From positions 1-51,453 of the forward strand of contig JBFMBF010000006.1 in NCBI GenBank assembly GCA_040755315.1: 51,453 nt of DNA, in the 5' to 3' direction. The stretch comes from Candidatus Hadarchaeota archaeon (GTDB lineage: Archaea; Hadarchaeota; Hadarchaeia; Hadarchaeales; Hadarchaeaceae). This document shows positions 46,011 through 51,453 of the stretch, one piece after another. The notes under the pieces were generated by a model. That model saw nothing but the letters and a program-made list of their open reading frames with translations, had not been told where the DNA came from and did not search any database. The translations under genes were made by a program, and so were the position numbers. Position 1 is the first letter of the stretch. Each line of letters begins with the position of its first letter.

Positions 46011-46124
46011 GTGGCGAGGAAAAAACTGTCTCCGCAGGAAAGGTTGAAGCGGCTCCAAGGAACGATGCTCTCACCACAGGATATCGGGAAAAGACTGAGG
46101 AAACTAAAAGAAAAAAGCGATTGA
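46011..46124 (+). CDS. Small basic protein (37 aa; not in ORF track)
   Basis: GTG start, MARKKLSPQERLKRLQGTMLSPQDIGKRLRKLKEKSD*; TTTTAAA box 21 nt upstream, consistent with a leaderless mRNA. Confidence 0.55.
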   Translation: MARKKLSPQERLKRLQGTMLSPQDIGKRLRKLKEKSD

Positions 46125-46177
46125 ATCGAGGCGCTCTAAATTTGTAAAATTTTGGTTTTGCCGTGACGAGTGGCGTG

Positions 46178-46867
46178 TCATTTCAAAACTTTTTCGGTTT
46201 TCATGTGCCAGAGATAAAGGTCCAGTTCTGCCGGGGAGATTGAGAATTTTCTGGAGATGGGCTCAAGGCGCTTTTCTGCCTCCATATACCTCGACCTTGT
46301 CAGTGCCCTAGAACATTTCTTGATCATTCCGTGATCTTCCATGACGCTAAGCACATGACGATCCAAGATAGCCACATCCTCGTGCCCCGTATTTCTTAGA
46401 AAGTGAGAGGCCTCCTTCCAGCCCAGCCCCTTTACATTTCTGGCCAGCCAGTCGCGAGCCTCAATTGTGTTGTTGAAATTCGTTAAAGTGCCCATTATGT
46501 TTGAAAATTTCCTAGCCTCAACTATGAACTTGGACCTAGTGTTTGGGAACCTGTGTCCAGCTAATTTTAACTCGTTCGTGAGCCTTTCCAAGGAAAGCTG
46601 CGAAAATCCATCGTCGCCGAGCCTCCTCTGGATTTCTATCCCTCGCTTGGCGGTAGAGTTTGCTGTCAGAATGCAGAAGCAGAGCTCGGAGAAAATCCCC
46701 GAATCGTACTCCACGTCGAGGAAAGGCCTGAAGTCAAAGTGCGTGCAGCCCTCGCGACCGAGCCTGCGGAACTCCCTCATCCTTCTTTTGACAACTGGGC
46801 CTACTTTGGAAATTTCTGAAGCTACTTTTTTCTCCAGCTCTGCCACCGAAGCAGAGTAGTTTGTCAT
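46178..46867 (-). CDS. ogg: 8-oxoguanine DNA glycosylase/AP lyase (Ogg2 type)
   Basis: FSELCFCILTAN, HRFPNTR, VKGLGWKEASHFLRN, AILDRH. Confidence 0.95.
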   Translation of the reverse strand: MTNYSASVAELEKKVASEISKVGPVVKRRMREFRRLGREGCTHFDFRPFLDVEYDSGIFSELCFCILTANSTAKRGIEIQRRLGDDGFSQLSLERLTNELKLAGHRFPNTRSKFIVEARKFSNIMGTLTNFNNTIEARDWLARNVKGLGWKEASHFLRNTGHEDVAILDRHVLSVMEDHGMIKKCSRALTRSRYMEAEKRLEPISRKFSISPAELDLYLWHMKTEKVLK

Positions 46868-46900
46868 AGCTCTCCAACTGCAGCGCAAAAAGACTTAAGC

Positions 46901-47722
46901 TTATGCTTGTGCTGCGGCGGTGCCCATTGCAGCGAGCTGCCACGCCCTAGTCAACTTCAGGAGACCGCGAGCCACCGATGTCGGCGGGGCCCACCAAGAA
47001 CTCCTGACCCTCTCAGGTGAGGAGTCTAGCACGGAGAACGACTCGATGCGGTCTGGATCTACTGGGACTGAAACCATGCGAGTTTCCGGGTTCAGGCTCA
47101 TCGGCGCTAGGAGGAGGCCTCGCCCGACCCTTAGCTCGGAGAGGAGGCAGATTTTTTCTGCCTTTTTAATCTTGATGGATTTCCCGGACTCCACACTAAA
47201 CCCCGCTTGGGGCTCGCGCATGTACTCAGTTATAAAATCAGTTATCTCGCCCTGCAGTTCATCTAGAGCGGCTGAATCGCCCCACCATGCTTCCCAGGGG
47301 ATTGAGTCCAGCGGGACAACTATGTCAAACCCTAGGTCTCCGGAATACTTCACCCATGGCTCCGAAACTCCGGCCTCTTCAAGCGCTTTCACTACTTTCG
47401 CTGTCACAAGCTTGACGAACTCAATCCCTCCGACATTTGCACGAACTGTCCACACGAGGTCCCGACCAACCGGTTTTGAGAAATCAGCACCGTCGTAGTG
47501 CCAGAAAGAGCAGTAGAATGCCGATGCACCCACGCCAACGGCTTTTTCCAGCTCGTTTGCAGTTCCAAATGAAATCGGATGCCTTGAGCCGTTATCACCG
47601 AAATATCTTTGCACACTCCCAGTTTTGCTGTTGTAGATTGCACACTCTCGAAATCCTCCGCTTACACTAGAGCTCGCGAAATCGACAATCATATCTTTCA
47701 CATGTTGGCGCTGGTAGTACAT
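46901..47722 (-). CDS. Archaeo-eukaryotic primase (PriS/LigD-Pol)-like protein with degenerate catalytic motifs
   Basis: VKYSGDLGFDIVVP (compare K.SG..GFH), LLLAPMSLNPETRMVSVPV (compare R.PYSL..KT..VSVP), GRDLVWTVR in place of DxD. Confidence 0.65.
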   Translation of the reverse strand: MYYQRQHVKDMIVDFASSSVSGGFRECAIYNSKTGSVQRYFGDNGSRHPISFGTANELEKAVGVGASAFYCSFWHYDGADFSKPVGRDLVWTVRANVGGIEFVKLVTAKVVKALEEAGVSEPWVKYSGDLGFDIVVPLDSIPWEAWWGDSAALDELQGEITDFITEYMREPQAGFSVESGKSIKIKKAEKICLLSELRVGRGLLLAPMSLNPETRMVSVPVDPDRIESFSVLDSSPERVRSSWWAPPTSVARGLLKLTRAWQLAAMGTAAAQA

Positions 47723-47772
47723 GCTCTCTCTACAGAACTTTTGCTGTCACACCTTTTTGCTGGTTTTTGGGA

Positions 47773-47790
47773 GAGGTACCCGAAAGTATT
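47773..47790. promoter_or_regulatory. Conserved motif GAGGT-N3-CGAAAGTATT, copy 3
   Basis: Identical core; lies between the divergent primase-like and LAGLIDADG-like genes. Confidence 0.6.
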
Positions 47791-47909
47791 CTGGTTAGAG
47801 TAACAAGCCCAATTGACGTCCCTGCGCCACCCCCTTGCTTCTACTGGAGCTATTTAACTATCTTATCATTTTTATTTATGTTACATATACTATACAAATA
47901 GTGATAGAA

Positions 47910-48275
47910 ATGATGTTAGAAGAAAAAGATAAATGGTGGATTGTAGGTTTTATAGAAAGCAAAGGGGTTTTTACAAAAAACAAGATTAAAATAAGGCAAA
48001 AAACAGAAAAAGGAGATAAAAAATACGAGTACACTAATCCTGCTTTCTACCTGGTTAGCAAGGACATCTCTGCACTGGAAATCATGAGTGAGCTTCTAGG
48101 GCTTGGACAGATCAAAAAACACGGCCCGATATCCCATTTAGAGGTGCGCAGGAAAGGCGAAACTATTCGGCTGGCAGAGTTCCTCAAAGACAATTTCAAG
48201 TCCGAAATTAGGCGCCAGCAGTTCGAGAGGTGGCGGCAGATGGTGCTCCAGTGGAAGGGAAGGGGTAGAGGTTGA
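47910..48275 (+). CDS. Single-motif LAGLIDADG-fold protein, probably nuclease-dead
   Basis: WWIVGFIESKGVF (LAGLIDADG helix with Lys at the acidic position), P.F.L...D...LE.....LG.G.I, F..W C-terminus. Confidence 0.7.
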   Translation: MMLEEKDKWWIVGFIESKGVFTKNKIKIRQKTEKGDKKYEYTNPAFYLVSKDISALEIMSELLGLGQIKKHGPISHLEVRRKGETIRLAEFLKDNFKSEIRRQQFERWRQMVLQWKGRGRG

Positions 48276-48345
48276 AACTGAGGGAGAAACGAGGAACTCA
48301 TCTCGCAATATCACTAAGGTTAATAGAGATGGAGGCGGTTTTTTC

Positions 48346-49857
48346 TTGATGGAGATGTCAACGCCACTGATTTCCGTTGAGGCCGTGCCGAAGCTGAAGT
48401 ACTTCTTCGGCAGACAGAGCGAGATAAGTCAAATAAAGGAATTCATGGAGTCAGACACGCACAGGGTCTTGGCTTTGCGCGGCATGGCAGGAGTCGGAAA
48501 GACCGCGCTAATCTCTAAAATGATTGAAAATTACGGTGGCGGAAGGAGCATCGTCTACGTGAAGGTGTACCCGTACAGCACTTTGGGCGGCACCCTCTCG
48601 AGGATTGCCGCGTTTCTTGAAAAACTCGGCAGGAAAAAGCTCGCCAACTACCTTTCGGAGAGGAAGGAAAATTTGGAGCTCGAGGGGTTCCTCCTCGCGC
48701 TGCAGGAAGATCTAATGGGAACCGGCGCGCTTGTCGTAATAGACGATTTGCACTACGCGAGAGATGAAATAACAAAAATCCTCGCGCCCCTCATGGACGT
48801 GCTCGACGCCACAGACGCCAAGGTTGTCATTGCCGGCAGGGTAATCCCTCACTTCTACGACAAGCGAGACATACTGGTTCGGAGGCGGCTGAAGGAAGTG
48901 GTACTCGGGGGCTTGGACGAAAAGAGCGCGTGCGAGCTCCTTACTCACAGAGGGATTGAGGAGAAGTACCACGATAAGATTTACTCTTTGACCCAGGGGC
49001 ACCCACTAATGCTCGAGCTGGCGAAGCCGGACACGAGCGGGGACGCTGCGGAGTTCGTCGAGAGGGAAATTTGGGAGCCGCTGGGCGACGTGGACAAGAA
49101 GACCCTAGGGATAGCTTCGGTTTTCAGGATGCCGTTCCCGCTGGACGCCATAAGGGCGGAATCCGAAGAGATGTCATTGAAAAGGCTCACGGAAAAGTTG
49201 CTTCTAAAGGAAGTGGACGGGAACTTTGAGGTTCACGAGATGCTGAGGGCGATGATATACAATAAGCTCACCGTGGAGGAAAAGGTCGGCTACCACAGGT
49301 TCGCGGCAGAATTCTACATCAAGACCGGAATTGACGTTTCTCTGATTGAAGCGATTTATCACCTGACAAAAGGTTACCGTCAGCAGCAGGCGGCCGCGAT
49401 AGCGATAGAGAATGCTGAGCGGCTTGTCCGCGCGGGCTATGGCAGAGCACTTCTTGAAGAGGTATCCATGCTTGAGGAGGGCGAGGTGGCTGAATATTGG
49501 CCATATGTGCTGATTCTAAGGGGAGATTTGCTGTCGAACGCTGGCCAGCTTAATGAGGCGAGGCAGCAGTATGAGTTGTGCACAGAGTACACGGAGACAA
49601 CTGCGCCGAAGGGTGGCAGGGAAGTTTTCTCCTACCTCTGGTTCGGCGTTTCGAGGGAGTTTGCGAGGGCCAGAGCATTGGCGCACTTCCGGCTTGGGGC
49701 GACTCTAGTCAAGATGGGCAACAACGCCGCCGCATGGGAAGCCTACTCCCAGAGCCTCCAGCTATTCAAAGAGCTTGGGGCCGCGGAGGCGGGCGACGCG
49801 GAGCGGGCGCTTAAAGAACTTGAGAGCCAAGGATGGCCGGGAGGGAAGAAGGAATGA
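48346..49857 (+). CDS. STAND-class (NB-ARC/MalT-like) P-loop NTPase with TPR-like C-terminus
   Basis: FFGRQSE, GMAGVGKT, VVIDD, GHPLML, helical C-terminal repeats. Confidence 0.85.
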   Translation: MMEMSTPLISVEAVPKLKYFFGRQSEISQIKEFMESDTHRVLALRGMAGVGKTALISKMIENYGGGRSIVYVKVYPYSTLGGTLSRIAAFLEKLGRKKLANYLSERKENLELEGFLLALQEDLMGTGALVVIDDLHYARDEITKILAPLMDVLDATDAKVVIAGRVIPHFYDKRDILVRRRLKEVVLGGLDEKSACELLTHRGIEEKYHDKIYSLTQGHPLMLELAKPDTSGDAAEFVEREIWEPLGDVDKKTLGIASVFRMPFPLDAIRAESEEMSLKRLTEKLLLKEVDGNFEVHEMLRAMIYNKLTVEEKVGYHRFAAEFYIKTGIDVSLIEAIYHLTKGYRQQQAAAIAIENAERLVRAGYGRALLEEVSMLEEGEVAEYWPYVLILRGDLLSNAGQLNEARQQYELCTEYTETTAPKGGREVFSYLWFGVSREFARARALAHFRLGATLVKMGNNAAAWEAYSQSLQLFKELGAAEAGDAERALKELESQGWPGGKKE

Positions 49858-50831
49858 CGGACGATTTTGAACTCGCGGCCAGGGGAACGAACGAAGTGGT
49901 AACCGATGAGGAGCTCCGGGAACTGCTGGCCCATGGCAGGCCATCTGTCTACTGCGGCTACGAGCCTTCCGGGAAGATACACTTCGGCCATCTCCTGACT
50001 GCGATGAAACTCATAGATTTCCAAAAAATAGGTTGTCCTGTGGCGGTGCTTTTGGCGGATTTGCACGCTTATCTCAACCACAAAGGGACATTGGAAGAGA
50101 TCAAGAAAGTTGCAGAGTACAACAAGCACTGCTTCATAGCGTTGGGGCTTGACTCCAAACACACTCATTTCATCCTCGGTTCGGAGTTCCAGCTGAAACC
50201 GGACTTCACCTTGGATGTGCTCAGGATGGCGACCGGGGCCACGCTTTTGAGGGCCAAGCGCTCGATGGCCGAGATAGCCCGGCAGCTCGAAGACCCGGAC
50301 GTGGCGCAGGTGCTTTATCCACTTATGCAGACGGTCGACATAGTGCATCTGAAAGCTGATGTCGCGGTTGGCGGCATGGATCAGAGGAAGGTGCACATGA
50401 TTGCGAGGGAGAACCTGCCTGCTCTAGGGTACAAAAAGCCGGTCTGCGTGCACATGCCGCTCCTCCATGGTTTGGACGGCGAGGCGAAGATGTCGTCCAG
50501 CAGGGGGAATTTCGTGGCGGTGGACGACGAGCCGTCCGTTATCAGGGAGAAGATTTCGAAAGCATTTTGCCTGCCAAAGCATGTGAAGGACAACCCCGTC
50601 GTAGAGTATGCCGAGCACATAGTGATTCCGAGGCTTGGTGGGCTGAATGTCGAGAGGCCAGCCAAGTACGGAGGTCCGCTCGAGATAAAAAACGCGGCTG
50701 AACTCCACAAGGTTTACTCAGCCGGAGAGCTGCACCCGGCAGACCTCAAGAGCGCCGTGGCAGAGGCCATTGTCGAAATCCTTGCCCCGGTTAGAGAATA
50801 CTTCCACAAAAACCCCGGGGCGCGGCTTTAG
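49854..50831 (+). CDS. tyrS: Tyrosine--tRNA ligase
   Basis: GYEPSGKIHFGH, YPLMQ..D, GGMDQRKVH, KMSSS. Confidence 0.97.
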   Translation: MTDDFELAARGTNEVVTDEELRELLAHGRPSVYCGYEPSGKIHFGHLLTAMKLIDFQKIGCPVAVLLADLHAYLNHKGTLEEIKKVAEYNKHCFIALGLDSKHTHFILGSEFQLKPDFTLDVLRMATGATLLRAKRSMAEIARQLEDPDVAQVLYPLMQTVDIVHLKADVAVGGMDQRKVHMIARENLPALGYKKPVCVHMPLLHGLDGEAKMSSSRGNFVAVDDEPSVIREKISKAFCLPKHVKDNPVVEYAEHIVIPRLGGLNVERPAKYGGPLEIKNAAELHKVYSAGELHPADLKSAVAEAIVEILAPVREYFHKNPGARL

Positions 50832-50899
50832 TTACAACATTTTCCACGACTACAAAGAGGTTAAATGTCCAGACCTTCAGTAAGCGTGGAGGGTTGAAT

Positions 50900-51453
50900 T
50901 TGAGAGTCAGGCCGCGTTCGATATCTGTAACATCTGGAAAAGGAGGGACAGGGAAGACCACGGTGACGGCCAACTTGGGAGTGGCGCTGGGAGCCCTCGG
51001 CAAGAAGGTGACGATTCTCGACGGCGACTTGGCAATGGCGAACTTGGGGATAGTCATGGGCCTCCACCAAGTAAAGACAAGTTTTCTCGATGTTTTGTCC
51101 GGCAAGGCAAATGTCGGCTCGGCTGTTTACGAGAACTACGGGATAAACGTCGTCCCATGCGGGTTTAGATTTGAGGATGTCCACGAGGCTCTGGCCAAGG
51201 TAAAGCGGGAAAAGGTGGAAGATGCGGTGAGGGAACTTTTGGCCGGTTCTGATTTTCTTTTGATAGACGCGGGGGCCGGGCTCCAAGACTCCACGATGAT
51301 TTCAATAGCCGCCGCAAGCGAGATGCTGCCCGTCTGCAACCCGACCTACACAAGCCTGGTTGACGCGTACAAAGTCATCCGCTACGCGAACCTCTTCGGC
51401 TCGTGGACGCGCGGCGTCGTGGTGAACAGGACGGGCAAGAGGGCGGACCTCTC
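50900..51453 (+). CDS. minD: MinD-family ATPase (partial, runs off window end)
   Basis: Manual translation ..SISVTSGKGGTGKTTVTANLGVAL...VTILDGDLAMANLG...LIDAGAG; GGAGG SD. Confidence 0.92.
   Translation, partial: MRVRPRSISVTSGKGGTGKTTVTANLGVALGALGKKVTILDGDLAMANLGIVMGLHQVKTSFLDVLSGKANVGSAVYENYGINVVPCGFRFEDVHEALAKVKREKVEDAVRELLAGSDFLLIDAGAGLQDSTMISIAAASEMLPVCNPTYTSLVDAYKVIRYANLFGSWTRGVVVNRTGKRADL

Noticed and set aside
45744..46058. 104-aa minus-strand ORF over the structured RNA
   Set aside because: No recognisable motifs; G-U pairing bias favours a plus-strand RNA

Overview
Archaeal chromosomal segment. Archaeal histone, PolD, GatDE, aEF-1beta and Sec61beta point to a euryarchaeal-type genome; a Hadarchaeota/MSBL1-like lineage is only my inference. 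Most genes are housekeeping: ABC exporter with PadR, aEF-1beta, SufS, HDAC, Dph6, ProC, GatD/GatE, GlmS, PurA, HtpX, Tsr3, a replication operon (mcm-gins-cdc6-DP1-HAD-DP2), a threonine/serine operon, Ogg, TyrS and MinD. One intact IS66-family element has perfect TIRs and an 8-bp TSD. The two strongest signals are RNA-level and depend on bulge-helix-bulge (BHB) motifs. (1) A tRNA-Phe(GAA) gene at 13587-13758 is split by four BHB introns into exons of 17, 6, 8, 7 and 39 nt, directly downstream of a frameshifted LAGLIDADG pseudogene. (2) A free-standing ~282-nt structured RNA at 45692-45973 has ends that form a textbook BHB, predicting a 255-nt circular RNA; it is flanked by two unannotated microproteins, one 8-Cys and one basic. 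An 18-bp motif GAGGT-N3-CGAAAGTATT recurs in three intergenic regions, next to two LAGLIDADG-fold genes, a degenerate primase-like gene and the replication operon. All calls were made by eye; no searches were run.
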